DNA of 64,000 nt, from assembly GCA_965153355.1 (NCBI GenBank), contig OZ231126.1, positions 44,392,001 through 44,456,000 of the forward strand, read 5' to 3'. The notes beneath the pieces are model-generated. The model had not been told where the DNA came from. It was given only the letters and a program-made list of their open reading frames with translations, and did not search any database. Both the position numbers and the translations under genes were made by a program. Shown piece after piece: positions 39,621 to 52,984 of this stretch. Numbering within the stretch: the first letter of the stretch is position 1; each line of letters opens with the position of its first letter. The stretch comes from Flaccisagitta enflata (lineage: Eukaryota).

Positions 39621-39903
39621 GGAAACGACTCTAAAGACGGAAAGAAAAGGTGCCATTGAATACCAATTCCTTTGGCGGAAACTCCTTGCAAGAGAGAGAA
39701 AAGAGAAGTTGACACGTCTTGACTCTCCTCCGAAAACCTTTAATTAATCAAAAACTAAGTGAAGATGAAGGAGGAGGTGAAATGCCCTTTTATCGACTGA
39801 CGGCACTTCAATGAGTGGGAGTATATTCGCGCGTGCGAGTTTACGTGCCTGTTTGTGTGCATGCGTGTGTGTGCATGCGTGTGTGTGCATGCGTGTGTGT
39901 GCA

Positions 39904-39993
<90 letters not shown>

Positions 39994-40002
39994 TGTGCGT
40001 GT

Positions 40003-40075
<73 letters not shown>

Positions 40076-40371
40076 TATAGTGTATTTTGGTATGTGTGTA
40101 TGTGCGTGGGATCTGTTGTCGTCGGCAAAAGACAGACGAAAAACGAAGTCAAGAACTAAGATTATATCAATAGTCTATAAAAAGTAATGATAATGAAAAC
40201 TACAACGACAACAACTCCAACACCATCAACATCAACACCAACTCCAACAACATCAACACAAACTACATCAACACCAAAAACATCAACAACACCATCACCA
40301 ACAACACCATCACCAACACCAACAACACCAACATCAACACCAACAATAACAACAGCGATGACGTCAGTAAC

Positions 40372-40923
40372 AATAGTCGCAAAAGCGTTACCCGATGCCC
40401 CTAAGTTAGTGTATGTGGGAATGAGAATATGAGAGGGTGAGCGGCCCCGGAGGGGCCGATGACCTATGATTCCACATAGGACAATTTTCTCCGGTTTGAT
40501 AAGCTGGTTTGGAGGGCTGAGAGGCCTGATTTTGAGTCTAAAAGGTCTGATTCAGGGTCTGAGAGGCGTGGTTTGGGGTCTGAGAGGCTTGATTTAGGGG
40601 CCGAAAAGCCTGATTTGGGTCTGAGGGGTCTAATTTGGGGTCAGAAAAGCCTGATTTGGGGTCTGAGGCCTGATTTGGGTCTGAGAGGCCTAATTTGGGG
40701 TCTGAGAAGCCTGATATGGGGTCTGGGAGGCCTGATTTGGGGTCTGAGAGGCTTGATTTTGGTTTTGAGAGGCCTGATTTGGGGTCAGAAATGTCTGATT
40801 TAGAGTCTTAGAGGCCTTATTTGAGGCTTGGGGAGGGGGGGACGTGCGGAAAACGGAAACCGGAGAAAATTGCCCTATGTGGAATCATAGGTCATCGGCC
40901 CCTCCGGGGCCGCTGCCCAAAAA
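40372..40923 (-). mobile_element. Long HINE-like element with ~21-bp repeats
   Basis: GCGGCCCCGGAGGGGCCGATGACCTATGATTCCACATAGG inverted pair. Confidence 0.75.
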
Positions 40924-41136
40924 CGACGACGATGAATAAATAAGGGTGACTTTTCCGCGGAATTCTAAGTAAGAGAGAGAGAGTTGGGAGCATGCAGCAA
41001 CGAGTTTTTAAGTCCTTCGGGAAAGCCCACGGAATTACCGTGACGAGAATTACCATGGGAACCAAAATGACGTCACACCGAATACTTCAAACGACGACAA
41101 CGTTGAAAGAATGAAAGAAAATAACTACATCGACAA

Positions 41137-41658
<522 letters not shown>

Positions 41659-41679
41659 AAAAAAAGCAAAATATAAAGT

Positions 41680-41895
41680 AACAAGGCCGGATACACGGCC
41701 ATCAGTTGCGAACGGGTGGGCAGGGGCATCCAACTTCAATCCACACCACAAGTCCCCCACTCACATGCACAAAAAGTACCTAAAACGCTCATTTCCTCAC
41801 TTTTCGACTCATGTCCACGAACCGACCAACCAACCAACCGACCGACCGACCGACGGACAAAGCCTCTTATAGAGTTGCGTGTCCGCAACTAAAAA
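41680..41895 (-). mobile_element. Short HINE
   Basis: Full termini. Confidence 0.8.
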
Positions 41896-41942
41896 CAAAT
41901 CTAAAGTAAAAACAAATCTAAACTAAAACTCAATCCACTTAC

Positions 41943-42115
41943 CGTTGATGCAGGTGTGAATGTTTTCTCTCCAGTTGGTAGAGTTGAAAATGGAGGAATG
42001 TCTTTGTTGCAGATGCAGCTTCGTCATTCCCAGAGTCCAGATGTGATTCAGTTTCATTTCTCCGCCCGGCCCCGGTTTCGGCTTAATTCCCCAAGTCTGC
42101 CCACAAATCTTACAC
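41943..42115 (-). CDS. Exon 2 of the zinc-finger gene: (R)CKICGQTWGIKPKPGPGGEMKLNHIWTLGMTKLHLQQRHSSIFNSTNWRENIHTCIN(G)
   Basis: Acceptor ccttttctctttcgcgtag|G, donor G|GTAAGT, 173 nt open in the phase required by the previous exon, giving Y-R-C-K-I-C...H-L-Q-Q-R-H. Confidence 0.8.
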
Positions 42116-43566
42116 CTACGCGAAAGAGAAAAGGAGAGGGCGAAAAAAAAAAAGGTTTTAACTACCTCTTTAAAGTCAAGTTGTTAATTCACTATCTCGG
42201 TCGGTCCAACCTTCCGTTTTTGGCCTACATAGCCCATTTTATAATCAAAGTCCTGGTCCTGATTCTGGCTTAAAGATACTTGCTCCGCTTTAACTTTAAG
42301 GGGATCTGAATAATTGCCAAATCTAGCCTTGCTATTGCACTAAGTTCTGTACGCGGGTCACGTTAGGACAAAAAAACTTACGCCGGTACTTTTGACCTAC
42401 ATCAAAGGTAGAAACTGGTACACACAGCGCAATCTATAGTAGAAAAACTGGACATAATCCCTCGGGAAAAAACCCCGATTCATTGATTAAATAAGTTTTA
42501 ATGGGGGATTCCTTCCGGGAATTCCTGGGGAATAAACTTTGATGTTTCTCAGTAAAGCCTAATTCACTTTAAAGAATAATTGTAACAGAGGATTCCCCGG
42601 GATATTCCCGGAAATTAAATTTTGAAAATCCCAGTTCACTTAAAAAATAGTTGTAACAGGGGATTTCCCCGGGATTTCCCCAGGATTTCCCCGGGATATT
42701 TCTCAAAAAAGCCCAGTTAACTTTAAAAAGTGATTGCAAAGAGGGTTCCCCAAGGAATTCTTCAGGGGATTAATATCACTACAGATTGCGCTGTGGTACA
42801 GTTGCTTATATTGAGCAAGAAAATATATGGTTTTACCTGCGTCCTAGCTAATCCAAAGCCTCTTTCTTCCCTTGAAGTTAACTACTTCGCCCAAATTCAA
42901 ATATGGAAAAAAAGGATTATGACATTCTATTTGATACAGTTCTAAATATGAAAAATGATACCTAAAATAGGAGGTAGGACGCCAAATCTTCAGGAAAGCT
43001 TTAGGGGTGGATTGAATACAACTTGTGTAAAATTTGGTAACCCTGCTTCCAGATTTAAAGGAATTATTAAAATAAACCCATAAATTTCTAATCAAAGATA
43101 AAATAAATTATGTCAATTTGATGCCTCCAAAACGTTTAACCTACTGACTTCATGAGCAAAAAAATGTCCTTAGATTCATCAGGATGCAGGCAAAACCATA
43201 TATAAATGTTATTTACACATACTAAGAGACACTTTTATACAATAGCTGTCGTCCCCGGGTCCTGGCTTCTATTTTTGACCAGATATGGTATGCTCTCGGA
43301 ACTCAGTGTATTGGTTCTTCATAGCATTGATTGATTGATTGATTGATTGATAGATTGATTCATTCATAAAAGATTAGTACAAAAAAATATAACAAAATTG
43401 ATCTGTTCAGTCGAAAAGAAATATCGGTCAGCTGGAATCAGCAATACATATTTTCAAAATCATAAAAAAGATAATTTATCTATTGTAGTCGAAGTTGTAG
43501 TGACATACCGGCCGACCAGACGATGGACCAACGACTCAGACAAATACAAAATCCTTTGTCGCTAAC

Positions 43567-45205
43567 CTGTAAGTCATGTGGGCGTTAAAGTGATGCATCA
43601 TGAGAGCAACGATGCTTGAGCATTCATCAGCGCAGGCGTGACAAGCGAAGCCTTTAATCCCCGGCGCCAAAGCGTGAGACGCCAGCGGATTCACGGGTGT
43701 GGAGCTCATCGTCGACGGAGCCGCCGCGCCACTTCCGGATGACGTATTCCCCGATGCGGCCGCGATACCAGCCACAGATGCCCCCGACGAGGATCTGATT
43801 GATGTCGACGGCGGGTTTGAAAAGGCGGAAGCGCCTCCTCCAATCCCGGTTCCTGAAGGTACGATGGAGGGAGTTGGCTTGGGCTTTAATATGGACACCA
43901 TCTTTGTGTTGGTATTCAATGAGGTGGATTTGTAAGGATGGCCGGAATGATGTTGCGCCTGTTGCATATGCATCATCGGCGCTGGCGAAGGCATGCAGGC
44001 TCTCGGCGCGAATTTGCCGAGATTATTTTTGGTGAAGGCAGACAGAGCTTCCAATGGAGGTGGAAGGCGGAACTTGCCGTCTGGGGCAGCTGTTGGAGCA
44101 TGTCGGGAAGGGTGTTGCTGTAGGACGGGCGGAGAAGCTGTGGAGGTGGAAGGTGACACGGAGTAAGGCGGCGGCGGGGGGGAGGAAGAGGAGGTTGCAG
44201 ATAGAGCTCGACGGAGTAATCCAGAGTGATGTTGCTGCGGTGGCGGCAAATGTGCATCATCCAGGGTATATTGAGGAGAAGAAGCGGAAGTCTGTTCATC
44301 AATGGTGATGAGCATCTCGCCAGAATCATCCTCCAAAGCAACGACGGAATTTGGAAGAATACGATTGTCGACGGCAGGTTGCAAAGGTCGTAACGGGGGA
44401 GGAGGAGGAGGAGACGGAGATGGGGAAGTGGCGTCACCTGCTTGAGGGGGAAAAATAGCAAGAGGACGAGACGGGTGTTGAACCGATGCAGTTTCCACAT
44501 CTTCTCCCACAAACAGCTTTGACGCAGCAGCAGCCGCAGCTGATATCTTTTCGTCGATGAGAGCACGAGGTTGAGGAGGAGCATGATGAGGAGGTTGAGC
44601 AAGTTGATTAGGTTGCATTTTTAGAAAAGATGATGCGGTATTTGGAGGTTTTGATTTGCCAGCGTTAGTTTTCAGCATCGGCACGAGGTATGGCGTCTCC
44701 GATGATGAAGCTGTTGACGGCATTACCGATGTTGGTTTGGTGGCGCTGTAAGCGGGTAATGAAGGATATCTACGAGGAATTTCAACGGCACAAAATTGAT
44801 CGAAAGCACTCGCGAAGGATCCCGGCGAGGACCGCTTTGTAACCCCGGAAGAAGCAGTAGAAGACGTGGAGGCAGAGGCGGAAACAGAAGGATGGGGAGT
44901 AGCAGAAGGAGAAGAAGAGGCTGATGAGGAGGAAGAGGATGATGCCGAAGATGCCTTGCCGGTGGAAAAGGCGGATTGAGGAGCAACGTTGGAGGCACTT
45001 TTGTCATTGATATTGTTGTTGGTAGTGGTCGCGGTATTGTTGTTACTATTGGTATTGTTGTTACTATTGGTTTTGTTGATATTGGAGTTGTTGTTCCTCA
45101 GCGCAGGCGGTGGAAGTAAATCCTCAATTGAAATAAATTCCGGTTCAACGACTTTTGCCGTTGACGGGGCACTGGAGGAAGAAGTGGAGGCAGAAGTAGC
45201 ACTTA

Positions 45206-45236
<31 letters not shown>

Positions 45237-46304
45237 GACGTCAGTGTCGTTTCCAAAGAAGTGATCATCATCCTCGATGGATGCCATGACGGTGAATTCC
45301 TTCGTCACTGGCGTTGTGATAACACGTGGAACAGCTGGTCGACGCACTAATGATGGATAAGTAGCAGACGATGCAACGGGCAGAGGGGGAGGATGGGGAG
45401 AAATAGAAGCAGTAGGCAAACGAGAAGTTGATGTTGGTGCGCTAGACGATGCGGAGGAAGATTTTGGCGTCGAGGGACTAACGGAGGCGTTGCGGATGTT
45501 GGTAGATCGCAATGAACGCCGCGTGGGTGTCAAAGGAACGGAAGCGGAAGATGATTCGTCTTCAGCGTCTTTTCCAGGCGACGAAAAATCTTCAGTATAA
45601 GATGACCGCAAACTCTGCAAATCCCGCTCCTGATTTCGATTGTCGGTCATGTCATCGGTGTCGTTGTCATTATTACACGCTACTGCCGAAGAAAAATAAT
45701 TGCCATCATTCTCGTGGGAATTGTTGATTAAAGAGGCACCATGAATTTCGCCGGTTTTGCTATCAACGAGTTGATTTTCATGATCGAAACCGAGTTCTAG
45801 CGAAGAATGGGTTGAGGGAGACTGGAATCTCGTGGTGATGATCTGTTGCTGTTTCTTCTGTCGCTCGTCGTCCTTCGTCGTCGTCGTCTTCTTTATCGTC
45901 GTCGTTTTGTCATGTCCTCTAGTGGAGAGGCCACGACTTTGTTCCATTGGATCTGAACTATTACTTTGAACCCCCGTTTCCTCGCTCGATTTCCCCCTTT
46001 CTTCGTCGTCGTGATCGTCGCCGTCGTCGTCGTCGTTATCCGAGTTTTCTTCTCGTTTTCTATGAAGACTCTTCTTCTTTGAAATGATGTTCACTCGACG
46101 TTTTTCGCCGGTTACTACTCTCTCAGCGACAACAACAACATTGGACAACGACGTCGATAAAGACGTCGTCGACATCGTCGTCGTCGATCTTCCGCTGCCG
46201 CTGCGCAAGCTGCTCCTCCGGTCGATCGAACCGGCAGCTGTCGTCGTCGTCTTCGTCTTCGTTTCTTGTTCTATTTCTTCCTTTCTAATCCTATGCCTCT
46301 CCAT
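43567..46304 (-). CDS. Large coding exon of a C2H2 zinc-finger protein (long Ser/Pro/Thr/Asn/Asp-rich disordered region, C-terminal finger FACHACADECSSIVALMMHHFNAH)
   Basis: 922-codon open frame with non-microsatellite codon diversity; ATG in gcaATGg context; C-x2-C-x12-H-x4-H motif; donor AG|GTTAGC after 43567 (phase 2) just after the finger. True start uncertain. Confidence 0.85.
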
Positions 46305-46704
46305 TGCGAAACGTGACTGAGGCTGCTGCTGCTGATGTCGTGGACAAAATTCTCGAGGCTACAGCTGCAGCCGCCGCGTCTGCAATTAATCTTGAAAACA
46401 TGAGAATGAAAGGATTTGTTGCTCTCCATCTAACTGCTGCTGCTGCAGCTGGGTAAGATGATGGTGGCGACGACGTGGAGGAGGACGATGGCGGTTCCAA
46501 CAAAGTGACGACAGGATGCCCCGTTAAGCCGTTTTTCTTCGTAGTTATCGTCCGTTTCGACGTCGCCGGGATCCTGTCGTCGTTCTCGACGTCGTCACCG
46601 TTGCAGCTGTTATCGTTGTCGTCGTTGACGTCGTCGTCTTTGTTGTCGTCGATGTTATTAAGCGAGATCGAGTGAGAGATCGAACTCGCAGTCGGTTGCA
46701 ATGG

Positions 46705-46790
46705 TGGTTAAGTTGCAGCCATTTCGCTAACCGCCATATTGGAAATTACGGCGGACATATTGGATTCGAGAAGACATATTTGACTCTTAT
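46705..46790 (-). promoter_or_regulatory. Cluster of YY1-like (AANATGGCG/AATATGTC) motifs in the 5' region of the zinc-finger gene
   Basis: CAAATATGTC, CCAATATGTCCG, CCAATATGGCGG, GAAATGGCTG in series; another CAAGATGGCCGC at 47365. Confidence 0.3.
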
Positions 46791-47217
46791 TTTTCGGTCC
46801 TAGTGATAAAATCAAAGAGGAATAGTGTGAAATAGTACAAAGAATGATTTTTCGAGGACTTATCAATGCTGCGAATTTAGTATAAATATATTTCTCTGAC
46901 TTGGTGTCGAGTTACGAAATCAAGACATTCCTTATTTTCGCCCGTGGTTGGGCAGGGGCAGCAGCCATAAACCGATCGTAACTCAAACAGTTTATGGACC
47001 GACGGACTATAGGACTAACGGACCAACGGATCGACGGACCGACCGACAGAGCAAACCTTATAGTCGCATGCACGCGATTCGAACGAGTCTTTCTTTCAAA
47101 AGAAATGTAATTTAGAAAATGTTTAAAAAGAAATTGTTATAAAAAGAATGTTATAAACGAGAGAGTTGATCGAAAGATTTCGAAGGGCAATGAGCGAGTT
47201 TAGGCAACGAAGAAAAA

Positions 47218-47323
<106 letters not shown>

Positions 47324-47426
47324 CTGTAAATCTAACTCGGATGTCAGTTAAGAGAGAAAAAATTCAAGATGGCCGCTCTTCAGAAAGACCCCAGAGGTCT
47401 TCATTTCGATCGGATTAACATGAAAT

Positions 47427-47499
<73 letters not shown>

Positions 47500-48301
47500 C
47501 AGGAAAGGGGGAATTCTATTCAGTTTAACTTAACTCATGACAAAATGTCAAAGTAAAAATTAAAAAAAAAAAAAACATCTGCCCCGGGAGAAACTTCGAG
47601 AGGCGAGACCCCTGCCCGGTGCTGAGGAACATTCAAAAAAGGGCAACTGACAGAAAAGATAATTGAAGATGATCAAAATGGACAGATCAACCACGTAGAT
47701 CTAGGTTTCTGACGTTTTAGTAGACAAATATACAAACCGCACCTATAATTCAGAAAATAAAGAAGACAGATCAACGCCTGTGATTCTTAAGAAAAGAGCT
47801 CTCGGTTATTACCGGTTAGAGACACCTTTGATTAGACCAAATAGCAGTCTGACATGCTAACAACATCCACACGATAGTTTTGAAATGAAGGCACAAACAG
47901 CTCAACCAACATCATTTGCAATCCTAATCAAAGGTGCATGCAGATCGACCAATCGCAACCACAATTCTGCAATTCTTGATACTAGCCGCGCCCTAAAATT
48001 TGAACTGAATAACCTAATCATCAATTAACCGCACCCACTACCTTGACTAGAAGAGCATACTGATCAAACAACCTCAATTCTGAACGAGCTAGCCTGCACA
48101 TTTACCATAATCCTGAGCAGAAGAGCGTACAGACCAACAACATCCTCAATTCTGAAAATCAATCGTATTAACTAACCGCAATCATGAGTAGTCCGCAATG
48201 CTGAGAAGAAAAGAATACAGACCAACCAACCGCACAAACAATCCCGAACAGAAGAGCATACAGATCCACCAGCCACACCCACAATTTTGAAGGCCAACAC
48301 C

Positions 48302-48662
48302 AATAAGTCGGATGCGGGACAAACATAACTTAGGATAGCTCAAATTGACTTTGAATAACTCAAAATGACTTTAAATGACTTTAAAAGAGATAAAACGATG
48401 TTTGATGAATTAAAGGACTAAATTGACCAAATTGACTTAATAAAACTTAAGATGACTAAAAATAACTTATAACTTAATAAAACTTTATTAAACTTATAAT
48501 GACTTAGAATGACTAAGAATGTCTTAAAAGGACTAAGAATGACTTAAAATGACTAAAGATGACCTAAAAGGACTTAAAGTAATAAAAAAGTAAAGTTTGA
48601 TGGACGGACGATTGGACGGACGGAAAAAAGCGGGTTGTAGAGTTGCGTGCAGGCAACTAAAA
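48302..48662 (-). mobile_element. Degenerate HINE with AATGACTTA array
   Basis: 5' hairpin, GACG repeats and 10-bp array as at 13397. Confidence 0.65.
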
Positions 48663-48834
48663 AGCCTACAGATCACTAAACTGCACCCATAATGAAGAGC
48701 GTATAGATCAACTAACCGTACCGACAATGCCTTTGTACTGGTCGCGATGACGCAAGCGATAATATCAGGCCAAAGTTGTTAATCCAACGATGAAAAAAAG
48801 AACATGGACGAAAAGGAAGATGGAGAAAAAGAGT

Positions 48835-49020
48835 GAAGATGAAGAAGAAGAAGAAGAAGAAGAAGAAGAAGAAGAAGAAGAAGAAGAAGAAGAAGAAGAA
48901 GATAATGATGATAAATGAAAAAGAGGATCAAAGAGATAGAAGAAAGAGAAGAAGAAGTAGAAGAAGAAGAAGAAGAAGAAGAAGAAGAAGAAGAAGAAGA
49001 AGAAGAAGAAGAAGAAGAAC
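48835..49020. repeat. (GAA)n microsatellites
   Basis: Direct inspection. Confidence 0.95.
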
Positions 49021-49313
49021 CAAAGGAAGAGGAACCAGAGAAAAAACAATAACAAGGAAAAATAACAAGAAGTTTAACAATAACAATAAGAGCAAGAAGA
49101 AGAGAAAGAGGAATTTGAGGCAGTTGATAACGCAAAAGAAGACGTAGAAGGCGTAAAAGAAAGACACCCAGAAGAGGTCTTATGATGCAAATTCTATTTT
49201 ATTTTGTTTATACAATGAAGGGAGCCGATTAAAAACTGTAGTTTTTATGTTATGCCAACGTTTGGCTTGTAGATCTGCATGAAGTTGATTTGCGGTGTTT
49301 CTGTGTGTCAAGG

Positions 49314-49400
<87 letters not shown>

Positions 49401-50174
49401 CTGTCTTTGCTGTTGACAGCTTTTTTTTCGACTGGCTGCAGAGAAAGAGAAAGAGAGAGAAGGCAAACCGTTTTTCTGCGCCGGGAAATAAAATACGCAA
49501 GCACCCTGGTGCTCAATGATGCGTCATCGCTCGAAAAAATGGTCGTACCTCAACTGGGTGATTACTGATTAGATTTACTTAGAGTTGTCCCATCAATGGG
49601 CTGCTTACATAGCAATCAGAAATTTCACCCAGACGTTGAGGACTGAGCTGTCTTTGGCTAGACTGAGCTTGACAAACTGCTGAGCAGTCAGAAAACGCGA
49701 TGGCTTCCTTTCCTTTTTTCTCTGGATAAAGATTTGATTACGCAGCTCAGTAGCTGAAAAGAGGATGGAAGATTATATTCTACCAAGGGCACAGATTAGG
49801 CACCTGTCCATTAGAATGGAGCAAAAATAGTTGATGACGCCGTAGTGAAGAAATAGAAAATTGAGCAATCTGTGAGTTACCGAACATTAATTTTAACCAC
49901 GAGGTTTTTTTTTGTTAACTCAGCAAAGTTTGAAACGGGCTCCGACTGAGTCATGATGTCGAATTTAGTAACTCCAAGAGTGCAAGGTCTTGAAGGTTGC
50001 AAGATGCGGCCAGGGAAACTTGAGCATGGCGATGAGGAAAACAATTTTAAATTGGTCAAGATTTTTTGTTTTTATGTTCTTTTAATTTATTTCTTGTCAA
50101 GGTTTATTGTTTTACAAGTTTTGTACTATATGTATACAAAGTCAATTAAGTTTTGAAATACTATGGTTAATCAG

Positions 50175-50234
<60 letters not shown>

Positions 50235-51001
50235 GATTAACAATAGCTAAAAAAATACCAACAGACAGACTTTTTACTTGATGAGAAGCGATGACGATCA
50301 TTCTGGTCCTCTGCACGCAAATCTATAGCCCATCTAGCTCACTTGGCCGAGAAAAAAAACTTTCTTTTCCACTATTTTGGATCGATTTTGCTGTTACTAC
50401 CCAACCGCACGCGATTGAACTTTACTTACCAACGGATGGTCCTAAATATTTACTGGTTATTGTTAAAACATTGAGTTCTTTTTTTTATTTCGTGCTCTGA
50501 GGAGCGAAATAAGACGAAGGGAATCGGCCGACTATATTCAGCTTAATATACTTAGGAAGTTAGAACTTAGCAGTTAAAAGTAATGATTCATGTCACCTGT
50601 TCCATGTTATACAGCTTCAGTTAAAGGTAGCCGTGTATCCGGCCTTATTTTGAAAAATTCGACCATGATGCACTTCACGATCTTGTACGGTCTAATTAGA
50701 AATGCATCACTTTCCAATTTGCAACAACTTTCCCATATTATGTTCTGTAAGAATATCGCTCGTTTAGCCATTGCTAGGAAGCGTAACTATGTGTGAGAAC
50801 CCTGTGATGCTCTCTAGCAACGGCTAAACGAGCGATATTCATACAGAACATACTGTCAGAAAGTTCTAGAAAATTTGATTTTGAGCATGGTTCCCTAAAA
50901 GAATTTGTCCAGGTATTGATGATTTAGCAGAAATACAAAGAAACATGATTCCACGGCAACCAACATCCATCGTCACTAATGCATCCTTTTATTAGTTTAT
51001 A

Positions 51002-51728
51002 CAGGGTGTTTCACATAAAAAAAATAAAATAAAACGATGTCATTCTGCTTTTGAAATTGAGATAACGATTTTGAAAAAAAATTTCATAGAGCTCATAAGC
51101 TCCAATTTTTAGTCACGTGCACGCGACTCTACAACCCGCTTTGTCCGTCGGTCGGTCGGTCGGTCGGTTGGTCACCTTTTACTTTTTCTTATGATTTTAT
51201 TTCTTTGACCTCACTGCTCCTGCTCAAATAGTCTGGTGACCAAAAATATGGCCCCTGCCCACTCGCATGCGACTTTGGTAGCCGTGTATCCGGCCTTGTT
51301 TTTCTAAAAAAATCATTGGTCTATGTTATAAAGTTGGGCCACAACATTGATTTGAAGTAAAATGAATATTTTCAGTCCACTTTTTTTTTATTTTTATCTT
51401 GAATGTTTTGTTTTAATTGTTCTCATTTCTAAATGACTTGAGCTGCAGATCCCAGATTTCTCATATTAAAGATATTAAATTCTCTTTCATTTGAGTCCAA
51501 TCTGGTACCTGTTGCTCATCTGTCGCTCAAACCATTTGGACGTAAGAGCAATTTATGAATTTAAAGAAAAACTTCTACTTCAATTTTACATTGTGGCTAA
51601 ACCAATGAAATTTTTACATGAAAAATATGAAAAAAAAAATTTATCAATCTTTTTTTAAAACTGTATTCTCATTCTCTGAAGCAGAATATCATGGTTTTCT
51701 TATATTTCGTTTGATGTGAAACACTCTG
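51002..51728. mobile_element. Tc1/mariner-type MITE
   Basis: ta|CAGGGTGTTTCACAT ... ATGTGAAACACTCTG|ta. Confidence 0.8.
51106..51300 (+). mobile_element. Short HINE nested in mariner-type MITE
   Basis: Full termini. Confidence 0.8.
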
Positions 51729-52017
51729 TACTTCAAATATTAGTCTCTTAGGTTTTTTTTTGTCTTCCTAATATGAGTTCCATGTAATTCCAATTCCAGA
51801 CGACATCTACTGTACGCCAACAGATATTTTTTTGACCATTACAGGAATGAATTGCTTCTGCTTAAAAATGATTTTTATTGATATCTCTGAAGTTGATCTC
51901 TCAGTCTCTGGACTCTAAACAGAGCAAGGCCAACACATACAATTCGCGTGCGGGACATAAATAGTTTTATTGACCTGACTCCACTAGATTTAATTAAAGC
52001 CTTTACCCACCAGTCAC

Positions 52018-52405
52018 AGTTCAAGCCGTTAATCCCTTTCAGTTTCAATTCAAGCCTTGAGACCCACCAGGCTTAATTCAAGCCTTAGAACCCATCAGTT
52101 TCAATTCAAGCCTCTAAATGGTACCAGTTTCATTTAGGTCTTTAAACCCATCACTTTCAAACCTTGAAATCCTGCCGTTTCAATTTAAGCCTTGAAGCCC
52201 ATCACATTCAATTAAAGCTTTGAAACTCACCAGTTTCAATACAAGCTTTGAAACCCACCAGTTTCATTTCAAGCCTAAAACCCACAAGTTTCAATTTCAG
52301 CCTTGAAACTCACCAGTTTCAATTCCAGCCTTGAAACTTACCAGTTTCAATTCAAACCATGAAACCTACCACTTTCAATTCAGGCTTTGAAACCCACCAG
52401 TTTCA
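52018..52405. repeat. ~28-bp tandem repeat AGTTTCAATTCAAGCCTTGAAACCCACC, ~13-14 units
   Basis: Direct inspection. Confidence 0.9.
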
Positions 52406-52984
52406 TAATAGGAAATGACGAAATGATTTGAAGTGACTTAAAATGACTTAAAAGTACTTAAAATGACTAAAAATAACTTGAAATGACTTACATTGACAAA
52501 ATATGACAAAATTTCAAAAAATTTCAAAAAATGTTAATATGACTGATAATGACTTAAAATGACCCATGATGACTCAAGATGACTTAAACTGACTTAAAAT
52601 GACGTAAGATGACTTATTAAGACAAAAAAGGACAACAAAAGACAAAAATGACAAAAATGACAAAAATGACAAAAATGACAAAAAGGTTACCGACCCTGAA
52701 GAAGAGCGTCATTGCCCGAAATATAGAATATAGAATATTAATGTAAAAAAAAAGAGAAATATGACCGAAATGACTGAAAATGATTGAAAATGACTTGAAA
52801 TTACTAAAAATAACTTAAAACGACTTACACTGATGTAAAATGACATGAAATGACAAAAAAAAACAAAAAAAAAAACACAAAAACAAAAAAACGCGACTAT
52901 AGATATGTTTGTCATTCATCGATTGTTTTGTTTGTAACTCGTATTCAGGGATTGGTGGTGATTTGCGCCTGTAAGAGTAGCGAG

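Larger units (their letters stand above)
50716..51815. mobile_element. Remnant of the CACTA central hairpin module, interrupted by a younger MITE
   Basis: 50716-51000 plus 51731-51815 align to the reverse complement of 35103-35460. Confidence 0.7.

Noticed and set aside
39664-39684. Extra phase-1 exon (GVSAKGIG) after the ZnF exon; similar candidate near 41310
   Set aside because: Only splice-like signals with weak acceptor or donor and no coding evidence; cannot be excluded without RNA data
43699-46675. Plus-strand and alternate-frame ORFs overlapping the big exon
   Set aside because: Shadow ORFs of a low-complexity CDS
49560-50075. Plus-strand gene fragment with a 52-nt intron
   Set aside because: Stops in all frames, no recognisable product
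52018-52405. CRISPR array (units resemble GTTTCAAT...TTGAAAC repeats)
   Set aside because: No unique spacers, degenerate head-to-tail units, no cas genes, eukaryotic context
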